Positions 13,330 to 27,979 of a stretch of 64,000 nucleotides of DNA are shown here, piece by piece. Position numbers and translations under genes: made by a program. This DNA comes from Epiperipatus broadwayi (Eukaryota > Animalia > Onychophora). The stretch lies in NCBI GenBank assembly GCA_028023455.1, contig JAQFVV010000009.1, positions 13,268,001 through 13,332,000 of the forward strand, written 5' to 3'. How positions within the stretch are numbered: the first letter of the stretch is position 1; every line of letters begins with the position of its first letter. The notes under the pieces were generated by a model that searched no databases, was not told the origin of the DNA, and was given only the letters and a program-made list of their open reading frames with translations.

Positions 13330-15560
13330 CTGTCAAATTAAATTTTTAAAATAACCATTATCATCATCTTCTCCACACTGGCAGAGTAGACAAATTTACT
13401 CTGGGCATTTTACCTCATTAAAAAAATGTATTTCCTCTTGAATGAACTAAATGGATAAGCTACAACAATAACTAGGATTATCACCAAATATTATTTAATG
13501 TCTTTAATGCAATTTAATGTCTTCAACCATTAATGGAACTTTAGAAAACTGCTTATGGGATACTCCTTGCAACATCAATCAAATCATTGGTCTTTTCTTT
13601 AAAAAAAAATTGAAATAGCTTATAACAATATTGATTACGTCCTTATGGATTAATAAAAGTTAAAACTTCATACAATATGAATCTAAATCAATGTATAAGT
13701 TCACAGCTTTGGAGTAACTGTTTAAATCTTAATGAAGATCAATGGAAACTCGATCTATGGATTATTTATTTGCTAGACTTTATAAATTATTAAAATAGCC
13801 TGAACTATAGCAAAATAAATTAAATATGTTTAAACTAAAAGATTATTAATCTCTATCTTTAAACTATATGATAAACACTATCCACAGAATAGTAGTCTAA
13901 CAAATATTTTCTAAAAGATTAAATAACTCACTTTGCATAAAACTACAAGTTAATGTCAACCCTATAATAATAAATTTATGATTATGAATGCCATAGTCTG
14001 AAAATATAATAAATGTCATAAATTGATGAACAAACATTCTTAAATAGATTGATTTGATAACTATTCAATTCGGAGTAGAATTATTAAGTGCGCATTATTA
14101 AACCTCTTAAAATCATTATATTTAAGTGTTACTATGGATTTAAATCTACAAAATGGATTACCTTGTGCTTTAGATTTAATATTTATTTAGTGTTTATATT
14201 AAGTTATTGCAGTATATTAAAAATGTTGGAATACTCTGCAAAAGTATAAATACTTCCATAGGATATTTTAAACCATTCACAAAAGTTGGATTACATGTTT
14301 GAGACATTACTCAATAAACTTTACTTAAAATAAATAATAAAGTTCTCAAAATAATGCTGACATAAGAAGGTACAGATAACAAACTTATATTATTAATAAT
14401 GACATTGCTTATGAGTGTAATATCTGTGATTTACATTTTGTATTGAGGGCAGGTTGCATTTAGCTAAAATAATTTATAAACTTCTGTAAACTTGAATTCC
14501 GCCTCAGATTAATAGGTAGCTAAACATCCTGAGTAGATGACTAAATCACCAAGGAGTACTTATCTGTAAAGTGCCTATGATAATATGTATAATTTGATAA
14601 ATGCTATACTATGCAATAAGAATTCTTATAATGTCAATAAAATAAATTGTATTTGTTAGTCGAGGTATACTCTTAACTAATTATTTAAAATTTAAATATA
14701 AGATAAAAAACATAGCAAATCATTCTAGTAAAAAATATGAATGTCATAATTAATAAAGCTATGTATTTTATATAATACTGTTAGGATTCTAAGTAAATAA
14801 TTTTATTTGCTCCAAAAGAGTTAAAGAACTATTCTGCTATTGTAGTATGAAGTGTGATCTATTAATTATTGTTATAAAGATAATTAAGGACATTATAAAA
14901 CATTCTTATCCTCATGTAATAAGGTTAGGTTTTGATTTAATATTAATCAACTCCCACCAATATAGTGTCGGGTCTTTACAATACTTTAGAATCACACAAA
15001 TAATCATAACCCAAGATTAGCTTATTTACGGAGAACAAACAATAATATTTGTTAATATTGTTATAAAATTTTGCTATTATTAAAGTATGTTTATTATTTT
15101 TTATGATTTTTTTATTTTGTTTATATACTTGTTATTTATAATAAAGCAATTTATTGAAATCATCACTTTTACATATTGTTGAAATAAAAGGTCATACTTT
15201 TAAGTTATTAAATTACATATTCATTTATTACAATAGATGACGTTCTACCAAAAACACCGTCAAGCGTAGTTTTTTGTTTACATAAACGTCAGAGCAAGCA
15301 TTCACTATCTCTAACTTTAATTTCCACCTTCAGATCATGATTTCAAGCTATTTGCTATCGTCAGTGAAGGACAGGAATAAGAAAATAGATCTAAACACAA
15401 ACTCTGAGCGTTTATGAAACAGTTTCTATTCAGCTTGCAAGCGTGAATCTTTTAGACACGTAATGTCTTCGAACTCAGCATAGCAAGCCAGATAGCTACA
15501 TGGGTCTGATCTCAGTTCAGCATCACCACATAGTAGAAGCCTCTGCAATATATATCATTG
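13330..15560 (-). mobile_element. heavily decayed CR1/L2/Crack-like LINE relic
   Basis: minus strand, 5' to 3': LLLCGDAELRSDP (~15520), IGGS*LILNQNL (~14960), LLGDL (~14530), LYFCRV (~14250, FADD-like position), ICLLCQCGEDDDNGYF (~13370, C-terminal Cys motif); spacing requires deletions. Confidence 0.3.
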
Positions 15561-16240
15561 CAAGAAATTGCTATCTGAAATACAAATTAGTAGAGTAGGG
15601 TGATGTGTAATAAAATCCCTTTTATATTCATCATATCTAGAATAACTTAATATACTTTAAATCTCTGTCTTTTAATTGAATGATTAAGATCGATTTAGGT
15701 ATGAACACTAAGATAATTAATTAATTGAACATTATATTTAACTTAGGAATGAGAAAGTTAATTTGCTAACCTTATTTAAAATGACATTTTAATTTGTATC
15801 AGAGTAGTTCTTCACACAAAACGGATATTGCAACAGAGTTAAGAATACCATAATATTATTACCATACATCTATAAGGGTACACTGAGAAATTTATTGCAC
15901 TTATATTTAACATATTATTAAATTTGGAAATAGTTATTATTTATTTTATGTGGAAAATAAACATGCGTTCATTGTAATTTACTTTTCGTAAGGGGACAAC
16001 CAATATGAAATGTACTCCAAATAAAACACCCTCATCTCAACCGTTCATCTTTTGTTCTTACCTGATTGCGACCTTAACTTTGATTACAATATGTATGATA
16101 TGACACATATTCAAATATATGGAAATATCAAGTGTATTTTTATTTTAAAAAATCATAGTCAGATATTAATAAAATGGCAACCAATGAAAACAGTATATTG
16201 TAAATGCTTCTTTGTATTTTTCTAATTCTACAAAGACAAT

Positions 16241-16522
16241 TTGTTCAATTTTAGAAAACCATCTCATAAATTAAATATAATCTGCAACAAAAGACTGAAA
16301 CAACTTTATTACATTCTACCTAAAAATAATGTTGGATTATGGACAAATTTACTTTCATGTCTATTGAAAATTATATTTAAAATAATTACTAAGACAAGCA
16401 AAAAACAACTCAGTTTTGGTAAATTGAATATAATTCTCATCCACAATCTGCCACCTGAATGTTTGGAATACCACATAATTACATTATTATTTACTAAAAG
16501 CATTTACAAGTTAATTATATAA
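16241..16522 (+). pseudogene. possible non-LTR reverse transcriptase relic
   Basis: NNVGLWTNLLSCLLKIIFKIITKTSKKQLSFG loosely matches QxGFRxxxST...ITxxxDxK region. Confidence 0.2.
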
Positions 16523-19099
16523 ATCCAGAAAAATCTACAATTATGTTTTAAACATTTTTATTCAATAAAAAGCATAAAGTTTACAATTGAGTTATTAAAA
16601 AATGAAAAAATATCTCAAAAATTTAATACCAAAAAATTATTTTCAAAATTTACAAAAAAGATTATTTTATAACTTTTTTCATCATCTTATTGTTAATTTT
16701 CATTCTTTGCTTATTCTTATTTTCCAGTTTACTTCTTTCTTTCAGTATGTATACATAAGCATATTGATTCTACATGAGATATGCAAATTATTTGTATAAT
16801 TTTGTTCATAATTGAACCATTTGACAATTTAGATTTACTAATGGGATAAATTCAGCAGAATAAATGTGAAGATTATTTTGTTTAGCAGAAAACTTACAGA
16901 TATTTGATGGGAACTATTATACATAAAATATCAAAATAATTGTTTAATTCTTCTTTATATCATGTTCACAATAATTCTTTCAAACATAATTAAGAACCTA
17001 TACATTACATTTTATTTCAATAAATCATTGAATATATTTTCTCATGTTCATTCTTGGAGATTAAAGGGAAAGGGATCTGTAAAGATGGACATGGTGATAT
17101 GCTATAAGTACCATCTACCAAAACATTTCTCTTTAGAATTAAGCTGTTGATAATTCTATAAATTATGATTTAATTTTTATTTTAAATCAAATTGTGAAAG
17201 TATTTACCTTTAAATTTTAATATAAATTGATTTTTTCTAAAAATGTTTACAATTCAATTAACTCAAGTTTCCACATAATTACAAAATGCCAAGATCACAA
17301 ACCTTCAAACAAATACTGAATATATAGCAAGAAATTACAACATATATTAAAACTATTTCTCATATATAGAATAAAACAAAAATAGAAAAACAAAATCCTT
17401 ACTATCTGGCATTAGCAAACCTAATGAATAATTTCTGCCTTGCTACTCTTTTAAGACTTTTGCCTTGCAAATGAACTATTAAACGGTCTATATATATATA
17501 TAATAATAATAATTAAAATCTCATTAAACTAAAAATTCATTATTCTATTTCTGCTTTTTTTTTATTGTAATAAAGATATACATAAAGGTTATTTTAAACT
17601 ATGTATCCTTTACTAGCAATGACATGCGATCTAATCAATTCTAATGTGTGAGAGAAACTGCAGGTTTAATTGAAATGGAAATTGTTCATTTAGGATTGTA
17701 TAGAAAGTAATCAATAATAATGAAAATAAAAGTTTTCAGTTTTAAAAGTAATAATAATGATAAGAATCGTGTGTAATCAATAATTAAATATGATGGTTCA
17801 CTTTCATAATCCAACAAGATTTTTAAAAAAAAACATATATATATGTAAATATATATATATATAAATGTAAAATTTAAGAATGAACTATTCTGAAATAATA
17901 ATATATATGTCACATTAGAAATAAAAAGCCAAGACAGAAATATTAAAAAAAATACACAAATAATTTAGATATACAGAACTATCTCATAGATAAGGCAGCT
18001 AGGTCGCAAGTGTCAAATTAAAGTAATTAAAATGAGACATCACATTAAACCTATACAAATTTTTTCACTTTACATTAATTGCATTGTTCAGAAGATTATT
18101 TTAAATAAGACTTCTCAATAATTTTTAAATGGGCATTTTTGAAGACTTATCTTAGATACCAAAACTGATCAGCCAGGTTCTGTGTATATATATAATCCTT
18201 CATAGTATCACTTTCTTAATAATATTGATTCAATTTTTTTTAATAAAACTTTTTTTTTTTTTTAAAAAAATATTTTCTTTAAAAATTTTGAATTTACTAT
18301 TCTGAATCAGTACTATATTGTATGAAAATTTATTAAATTAATTTTTATCTCAAATATTTTGATCATTTTTATCTTGGAAGTTAAGATATAATTTTATTGT
18401 AAAATATACTATTATATTTCTGAAAAGAAATATATTAATATATGTAAAATTTTCAGACATATAATAGTATATTTTGTACTAAAATAATTGAAACTATAAA
18501 AAAATACACATGTTGAAAAATGAAAAGTTAATGATAAATTTTCATATATGATATTAATGACAGAAAAAATAGATTTCTTGGAAAATTTACTTAAAAATTA
18601 ATTAATTATATTCCTATAAAGAATATTAACTTCTACTGTCATCTTTTAACTCCATGTTGGACTAATTAAACTATTCAATGTATATATTTATTTCTATGAA
18701 TAAATATGATTATGTAGTAATTTTCTTATTATAAACCTTGAATAATAATTTAAACATTCTATAATAGTAAATTTGTTTCGCTTAAAATTCTTATTTTCTT
18801 CTTGATAGTAAAGAAATTTTATTATAAAGTTACAGGATATGATTTTGAATAATAAACTACTGAATGAAATGTGAAGATCTAAATCATCAGACAAATAAAC
18901 CTTGGATACATTTTTATTTGCAATGTTACTTGCAATTTACTCTTTTAAACCTCATATTAAAGCACACTGCTAATGATTTATTTTTTTTTAAAAAAAAAAA
19001 CAAAGTTAATAAATAGAAAGATATATAATAAAAAAAATTGACTGACTCAATATCATAACAAATAAAGAACTAAATGATTTATTATTTGGGAATTAATAA

Positions 19100-19560
19100 G
19101 AAGTTGGAGTGACAAAGGAGGAACTGTGATTCATAGATCTTGACTTCCAGCATCTGCCATTCTACTTCTCCATTTAAACTGTGCAATAATAAAGTATGGT
19201 GAATGAGGATTATTTTGATAAGAAAATCAATACAAGATCAGTCATTATTTCAGTTTTGCTGGTGATACAATAGTGCTTGCTGATACTGATAGCAAAGTCA
19301 ATAAAATAATTTATATGTAAATGGGATTAATAAAATATGTGGAAAGTTTGAGATGAAAAAAAAAAAACAACTAAATCTCAAATGACGATTACAAGAGATG
19401 ATAAAAATCAAAAAATGACCATTGGGTATGAACTATGAAGCAAGTTAGTGCTTTAAGTATTAAAAATGCCATTTTCATAATGGTGAAAAGAATTACAAAA
19501 ACATGTTAAAAAAAATTGCAATGGAAGAGAGAGAAGTCTTTTAAATAAAGTTTGTGCCAT
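19100..19560 (+). mobile_element. RTE/BovB-like RT relic
   Basis: FSFAGDTIVLADTDSKV (cf. RFADDTVxLAESE) followed by NKICGKFEMKKK (cf. GMKINxKKTK). Confidence 0.5.
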
Positions 19561-20204
19561 TAAACTTTTTCATTGTTTTATTTGGAGGCTAGTTTAAAAT
19601 GAACTAAATATTTGGGGTGCTTAGAAAAAGTAAAGATTAGATGTTTTGAAATGTATACTTATTAAGGATTTTAAGAAAAGAAATTGGACTTGCATTAAAT
19701 TTAAAAGCAAATGAATTTGAGCTATATGGTGGAAGATTCTTTAGAGGAAATGTGAGTGTAGGGGGTTGTGGGAGGGTAGAAAAAGAAAAGGTTGATTTAC
19801 AAATGTGCAAAGTCAAGCAAAAAATACATTTTAAAGTCAAATATGGCTTTTGCCATAATTGACACATGATGCTTAAAGCTCAATATAAATTTAAGTCTTA
19901 TTTAGAAAAATATCTTATATTGTAGTAATAATAACAATCAACTTGTAATTAAGGCAACCTCCTTTAATAATAATGATGATGCCTTGACTACAGATTAAGA
20001 TTGTTGATAGCCTAAGAGTTGATTGTTGTCATCTACATTTATAAACCCACTAAAGCCTTAAGCAATTGGCTTTATTTTCTTACATTGTAGTAAATATATG
20101 ATAATTGAATTAAAAATAGTTTTCATTAAATGTTAATTTACTTAATCTCACTATTAATAACAATACTTACAGCAAAAACACTATTTAACTTAAAATATTT
20201 ATTA

Positions 20205-20807
20205 AAAAAGGTAACAAACCTTCGATCTTGCACTTTTTATAAATTTATGCATGCTTGTCATAAGTGGCCCATTTATGCTTAGAGCTTACCGTTATATACG
20301 CAAATCTTTGTTCACCATGCTGAGATCAGAGCCTTAATTTATTGTGCCTGAATTATAACTTAATAAATGAATTGTATATATTTATTCATTCTGTAGTAAT
20401 ATAGAGATACAATCTAATTTTTAACCATCTGTGATTAGAAATAAATAGTGAATTTTGAATTTTATTGCAATAAATAGACTATTTATTATAGTAAAATTCA
20501 AAATTCACTATTTATTTCTAAGTACAGCTGATTAAAAATGAGATTCTATCCCTCCCCTGCTACAGAATGAATAAATTTGTTCAATTCATTTGTTAAATTA
20601 TAATTCCGGCACACAGTAAGTTAAAGACCTGATTTTAGCACAGTGAACAAAAGTTGGCTTATATAATGATAAGCTCTAAGCATAAGTAGGCCACTTATGC
20701 TTTTTAAACTGATGCTCATGGGCAAGTGTGCATAAATCGTAAAAAGCACAAATCCGGAGGTTTGTTACCTTTTTTATATTACATATATAGTCAGCACTTA
20801 AATAAAA
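20205..20807. mobile_element. fold-back insertion: ~570-bp imperfect palindrome (20204-20775) plus one-sided tail
   Basis: arms begin aaaaaaggtaacaaacct / end aggtttgttacctttttt; centre aataaatag-a-ctatttatt (1-nt loop at 20478); candidate 13-bp TSD aaaatatttatta at 20192-20204 and 20808-20820. Confidence 0.75.
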
Positions 20808-20849
20808 AAAATATTTATTACATTAAAATATGTTTATATTAAAATTATA

Positions 20850-20893
20850 TAATAATAATAAACAAAATAATAATAATAATAATAATAATAATA
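20850..20893. repeat. (TAA)n microsatellite, interrupted
   Basis: direct reading. Confidence 0.9.
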
Positions 20894-21234
20894 AACAAAT
20901 TTTTATCTGCCAAAAAAAATTTTTTGTTGTTCTCTAATTTGACTCAACAAAATATTTATAGCTAACTTGAAATGGGTTATCATGAGATAAAGACATCTGT
21001 GAAACACTAATATTTGATAAATTTCAATTATTTTACAGAGCTAATATAAAAAGAATTTGAAATGATCAAACTGATTTAAATTGGTTATTCTTTGTTTTTG
21101 AGGTAGTAAATTTCTAAATTGCCATATTTCTATTGGTATAAAATGATGATGATGACAATAATAAATAAATAATGAACCTAGACTAGATGGTACTCAGTTG
21201 TACATTCTTCAATGTATATGTAAGTAATCAAATG

Positions 21235-21340
21235 GTTTATTGTTCAGTTTAAACAATGTTTTGAGTACCAGAAGTGCCAAATCTAGACCATGTACCATAA
21301 AACTTGAGCTCCAAAATCTGCCACTACCACTGCACCAAAC
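21235..21340 (-). mobile_element. short tRNA-headed SINE, family A
   Basis: ttttgagtaccagaagtgcca...ccactaccactgcaccaaac matches 7569-7678 in the same orientation. Confidence 0.5.
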
Positions 21341-22174
21341 ATTATAGGTCTTGAACAATTAATCATAATATCAAAAGAAAACTTAATTATAGATTTATAA
21401 GTAATACTGCATGTATATATTTTAAGTTTTTAACTCAAATTAATATAGATATTGTTGATGTTTACCATATTCTGTGCAATTTATTTTAGCATCTCAACTT
21501 TAGAGCTATGATTATAAACTTTAATAATATCCTACATTAATAGATATATAAATAATAATCTAAGTTCCTATCTACTATTTTATAGTAAACCTCAATGCTA
21601 TGAATAAAATCACCACAACAAACATTAGAAATTGTCAATATATATATGCTAAATTGTTCAAAATAAATCTACTGATGGTATAATTTTTTAATTAATGAAT
21701 AGTTAAGTTAACTTATCACTTAATGAACACAGGTTTAAAAAAATGAAAGAATTAATGTTATAACATTAATCTGCTCTCTATCTAAAAATAAATTCATTCA
21801 ATATTGGTTATTAAGAAAGAAGGATTGGAATTTAATGTGCACATCTAATAAATGTTAATGAGCTTTGAAAATTAATTGCATAACTAGAAAATGAAAGAAA
21901 GGAAATTTTCAAAAGATAACTTAGTTAAATAAATTATTCTGGGTTGACAGTATTTAATTAAATATTTCATGAACTTTGCTTTGTAAACATTTTCTTTTCT
22001 TTTATTGCTAATATGAATAAACAGTTATAATAGGAGTATTGAGTACATATATGAAAGTCCCATATTTATGTTGAAAGTTCTATCTTTATGTTAACAAATT
22101 AAAAAATTATGTTAATAAAGAATATATATTAATTATACTTATATGTCTGACTATTTCCATCATATAACATTAAT

Positions 22175-22703
22175 TATTGAATGTCTTGAGAAAAAATTTT
22201 AAATTTTCCACTTACATTCATTTGTTAATAATAGCACACAAGTTGTATATACACAAGCTTTTGAATGGTATTATTCTCCTCTTCAAATATTTCTGGCCAG
22301 ACCATTGACAATACTAGTATGGGTATTGAACCTAGATCTTAAGATACATGAATATTGAATTTTAGGGTAACACTCTAACCAACTGATTCCATTCTGCTAA
22401 AGGTAAGCTCAGTTGATTAGCGTGGCAATAATATTGAATATTCTAGAGTGTAGAAGTTCAGATTTGATTCTCATGTTTATATTGTCACTAGTCAGATCAG
22501 CAACATAAGAGAAAAAAATACTACTACTCAAAACATGTGTATACTAACCTGTGTGCTATTACTAACAATTGGGTGTAAGTCTAAAATTTAAATAAACTTT
22601 AAAAAATTTTCTAAAGACATTCAATAAAAAAAGTTAGATGATGAAACAGTCCAACATATAAGTACAACTAAAATGCCATCATCACAAACCTGCATGAGGA
22701 AAC
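22175..22703. mobile_element. head-to-head pair of tRNA-head + decayed hammerhead units (PLE 3'-derived, no coding sequence)
   Basis: both arms align to 50231-50526 (tRNA-like head, tgtcactagtcag, tatactaacctgt..gtgctattactaaca, gacattcaata, ccatcatcacaaacct); junction at ~22392. Confidence 0.75.
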
Positions 22704-23399
22704 ATATATATATATTGAATTGTGAAATTTTAATTTCTAATAAATCTTCTTTGAGTGTTATTGTTAACATAATAAAAAGGTTGTTACATTTAAAAGTTTT
22801 GTTATATTATATATATATGGATATGCATATTTACATGTATCTCATTAAGCATATTTCATATATATATAATATCAAATATATGATATATTTACAATATCAA
22901 ATGTAATAACAATAATACTTAAAACTAGTTACAGAAGGAGATTGCTATTATAAAAAACAGATCTTTCAATTCTCTTTGAGATCTTAAAGGAACTGAGCAG
23001 AGCAAATTCCCAATGTTCATTTTCACCATTTTTGACATTTCAATCATTATTACATAATTGCTCATATAATAAATCAACTTGTAAAAAATGCTCACCAACA
23101 CATATTGCCAGCATGATGAATTTACAATTTTGACTTATGAACTGAAGACCAAGACACACCATGGACAATTGCACCATGCTTATTAATTAAAACATCAGTC
23201 AGATTATCTTGAAGGCAGAATTTAATAGTTATGTGAATGATAATTAATATTTTTTATACTTAAAATCATGACAGGCAAAACTAAATTATAGCCTCATTCC
23301 CAGTAGATTGTAAAGTTGTCAGCTAAGACAGCAATTAATGACTGAAGGTATGTGGAGATGGATATTAAGAATCACTTGAATGCAAAACAAAGCTGTCAT

Positions 23400-25915
23400 T
23401 CAGTGATTTTTTATTTCGCTATCTATAATTGTAAATCACATTCAAGCAAAAAAACATTGAATGAATTGGAAGAACCCTAAATGAGACACTTCAGATGTGA
23501 AGATAGGTAGTAGGAATAAAGGATAAAAAAACAATTTGAAAAGTGGAAAATATATTTCACTACAAAGGTACTAATATTGGAAGCACAATGTTATGGAGAT
23601 TGATGGTTCTTCTGATAGAAGCAAGGTTAGTTTTTCAACTTAATGGATAATACAAAATGCAAATAATTCAGTTTTATGCTCTACTAAGTTCTCATTGTGA
23701 TGAAGCAGTGGATGATTTTTATAACTTTCTTATCATTCTACCTAATAAATCCTTACAATGTTGTTCTTCCATTTTTTTATTTACAATGAATCTCACTCCA
23801 TTTATACTTTCATTATTTGTGTCTTTATAATAAAGTATACAAAATGCTTTTACTCACACCAAATAACATTTTAAATTTATTATGAGAGACATCAAATGCA
23901 AGAATTGAAAAACAATTGAGAAATGAAAGTGCTGTAGTAAATCCGATTGGAGACAGAAATGGAGAGCACACAGAGATATGAAATTTGCAGAGAAAAAAAA
24001 GCTATATTAGTATAAACTCCTTCTTTAAAAAAAATGCTAAATGGAAATATCAACTTGGAATCATCCAAATGAAACTGCGTCAGAACTGGACTATATTTTG
24101 AGTAACATAAATATGCATTTTGAAGGTTGTGATATTCTTAATAATTCAATACAAGATGTGATTATTAATTTATAAGATGTAATATACATGTTAATGCAAA
24201 GCTAAAAAGATGAAAACTTTATAAATCAGTATTATTAACTGATATTCCTCATTCTCAAAGAGACCTCTAATGAATGTAAATTTGAATTTGCAATTTGTTT
24301 TAAAATATTGACAGATTTTGAAGATGATTAGGACTTGAATGAGATCAGTAAGAAGATAATGGTAATCTATTAAGAACTGTAAGAAAGATATCCCTAGTAC
24401 AAAAAAAATCAACTAAAACCAGACAATATGTGAAAAAAAAAAAAAGAAAATATGTTAAAATGATCCATTACAAAAATTGATATCTATAATTCTGTAAAAT
24501 GGAATGAAAAAGTGTTGTTGATGATATAAAAAAATATAACAGTGAATTGGTAATAAATAAAAAAAGCTACAACTGAGGATAAAAGACTCAAAAATATAAC
24601 ACAAGGGATTTTAATATTAGAAGAAAAATTATTTCATCAATAAAAGAAATTGTCATAATTGCTAAAAGGAGAGATGCGATCATAGTTGACAAAACTATAT
24701 ATAAAATGTCTAAACAATAAAAATGTACCAAATGACTGAAAGAACGCAGTGGTGACAATGATATTTACGAAAAATGGGAAAAAATGATATTGTAAATTAT
24801 AGATCTATCAGTTTTTAATTAGTCTAACACTAATATTATTATAAATAGTCTACAGCAAACTTTGAATTCAAAACAACCTCCCCCCCCCAGGCGGAATTTA
24901 AAAGAGGCTTAGCAGAGTAGATTACATTTAAGTATCAAAGGAATTAATCAACAGCCAATAAAAAAATATGCTGCCATTACATTTTGAATTTGTAGATTAT
25001 GAAAAAAACATTTCACCGTATATTTTCATAGTAATTAAAGCTTTGCATCAATATATAAACCCAGGATATTGCCATATTCTAAAAAATATTTATAAAAGTA
25101 TGACATGGTAGCATTAATTAAGATTAATATTGACAATGATAGAAAACACATTGATTCTATATCTTAAAACTTTTTACAGCAACTGTGATTTAATAAGAAT
25201 AACTAAGAAATAAAAATAAATGGAGATTATTTAAGTCATTTAAATTCTGCAGATAATATACTTGCTTTTGCAAATACAAAAATTGTAAGACAAAAACAAC
25301 AAAATAGGACTAAAGATAAATGCTAAAAAAACAAATGTAATGTTTCTTATTTTATTACAGAATAAAGTAAAAATTAATAATCAGGAATTAGAAGTTAACA
25401 AGTACATATCTCTTAGTCAGATTATTAATATAAATGAAAGCATAATGAATAAAATTAATCATAGAATTAAACTAGTTAAAGCGTTTTTGCTAGAAATAAT
25501 ATTAAAAAATAATATGCCCAAGTGTTTGGCACGAACCAGTTCTTATACATGGATTTGAGACTTGGATACTTAACAGAAAAATAATAAGAATTCAGACTAC
25601 ACAACATGGAAACATGTATATTAGGAATAAAAAAATGAAACACTTTTGAAATACCTGATACAGAAAACAAACAGGTATTATTTGAAATGATGAAAAATTT
25701 ATGAGCTAGAAATGAAGCTGAAATTGGACGTGTTTCTAGAAAAAAATGGATAGCTGAAGAACTTGTAAATGACTAAAGAGAGATCTTTCGTGATATGGGT
25801 GGCATAAAAAAATTTGGTGGAGTATCAGGAGTAATTCAGTTTTCAAAAACTGGATTAAACAAAAAGTTCTTTATCCTGCAGTAGATTAATAAGTCAAAAT
25901 GATAAAATGATAATA
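23400..25915 (+). mobile_element. near full-length decayed RTE-clade LINE
   Basis: IQFYALLSSHCDEAVDDFY (APE), INSFFKKNAK, GDYLSHLNSADNIL (RT), NHRIKL, 3' end ttatcctgcagtagatt plus atgataa repeats; same family as 51441-52661. Confidence 0.8.
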
Positions 25916-27331
25916 TTAAATTATATCCTGTTGTTTTTGTGTTACATATAATGCTGTCAAGTTGATAATGATTTCTGGTGATGATAGTAAATTCATTATG
26001 CTTATTTAAACAATTTTTAATTTAGTAAGATTATTTTCTTCTGTGCTGTTTGAAAAAATGTTTGTTTTTCATGGGTGTGAAAGATGTCCTGCTGTTATAT
26101 ATCTGTGAGCATCTGCTGCCAATGAGACTCTACAATGATTCACAATGGCTTATTTGAACAAATAAGTGAAATAAGATAAAATACATTAAAAAGATCATAC
26201 TGTCCTTATAAAAGATTGTTACTGCAGATAAATTGAATTCTGAGTAGAATTCAGTAAAAGATCTGAAGTACAATCAAAACATGAAAAAAGATTAAACATA
26301 GTTATATAAGCTTAAAGGCAATTAACATTTTGTAAGTTGACATGTATGCCCAATGTAGTGGACAGTTTATTAGTCTACTATATTGATCAACAAAAAACTA
26401 CATAAAGCTTTCTTAGCTCAAGTGCAAATATGTCTGATATCTAATGCATAAGGCCTGTCTTTCTCTTTCAATTATGTCTAGATAGACCAAAAAGTAGTAA
26501 TAATTATTCATTTTCAAACATCCGTATGATAAAATTGGAATCTAAAGAAATACCATTTATTTAATTATAAACAATTGATGTTGATATGATGATATCTACT
26601 AATAGTATGAACTTGAAAGAAAAAACAAACAATTATAGTAAAGCATAACAAATGTATTAAAAGATTAGATAATTTTTCATCAGATGATATAGAGATCTGA
26701 TAATCTGAAATAGTTATATTTTTAATTGATTGGCTGCCTTTCATCTTGTTTCAAAATTAATAAATTTCCCATTATTATTTATTTGAATCACAATCTCAAA
26801 TAGATTTTCAAAGTTATCCCTAATAATTATTTTAGATCAAACCTTAAATAATTGAAGAAAATAAATAAAGTTATGATTCAAAGTTACTGTTAAATAACAT
26901 GGTTTAGGATTGTTTTCCAGTTTATTGTTGCAAAAGACTATATTTGAACTACGAAATGTTTCTTTGTTGTTTAGCGGATTGAGCATTTGTACCGTGATAG
27001 CAACTACTGGCAGCTAAGTCATTGATTTTTTTTCTTTTTTAAAATTGCATGAAAACTACAAAGATGATGTATACAAAAATCCCAGCATTTATTGCTGTTT
27101 GAATCCCTTTTAAAATGGCATATCATATGTTAAAATCGGACAAAATTTATATTTTTTATTAATATTTTTCTTAATAGATTCATTTATATATATTTTTTCT
27201 TTTCTGCTCAGTTTACTAGATTGCATGAAGAAGATAAAGGCACAATTTTCATTTCAGCAAGACTCTGAAATAAAGTAGATTAATAATGTCTTTTGATTTA
27301 AGGCCTTCATCCCGATAAAAATGTAATATCG

Positions 27332-27741
27332 TAAGTATTCAATTTTAATTTTTTTTGTGTTTTTTGGTATTTTAAATTTTTCCATTATTTGCATATTATT
27401 ATTTTAATTTTTTATTTTATTTGATAAATTATAATTTATTATTGTGTTTATTGTAATAATGTTTGCATTTGTATTAGTGTGTGTAGTATATAAATCATAC
27501 TTGTATTCCAATAAAATAGTGGTTTATGTATAATGTAATTTTGGGGCTCGTTAAGTATTCAATTTTAATTTTTTTTAATTTTATTTGCGTTAGTATTTTA
27601 AATTTTTCTATTATTTGCATAGTTTTATTATTTTATAAATTATAATTTATTAAAGGTTTTGCATTTGTATTAATGTGTATAGTATATAAATTGTATTAGA
27701 ATATAATGTAGTGATTTATGTACAATGTAATTTTGGGACTC
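27332..27741. repeat. diverged tandem duplication (first unit 220 bp), possibly within a solo LTR
   Basis: taagtattcaattttaatttttt...gcatttgtatta(g/a)tgtgt...aatgtaattttggg starts at 27332 and 27552; preceded by TGTAATAT; no TSD found. Confidence 0.6.
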
Positions 27742-27979
27742 TGATCCAAGTTTGAGGCAACCTTAACATGTTTCTCAAAAGGTTTAATAATTTATTAGTG
27801 TTTATATAACAAGTAATAACATATGTATCTAATTAAGATATTACAGAGCAGTGGAATGTAAATTTTAAGACATTATCAGATATACAGAAAGATTGTAGTT
27901 GATAAAGCAGTCACACAATTTACTAGGCATAGTACCATGTGAAAATATAAACTCTTAAAACCAATAAGGAGAAGTTCCA

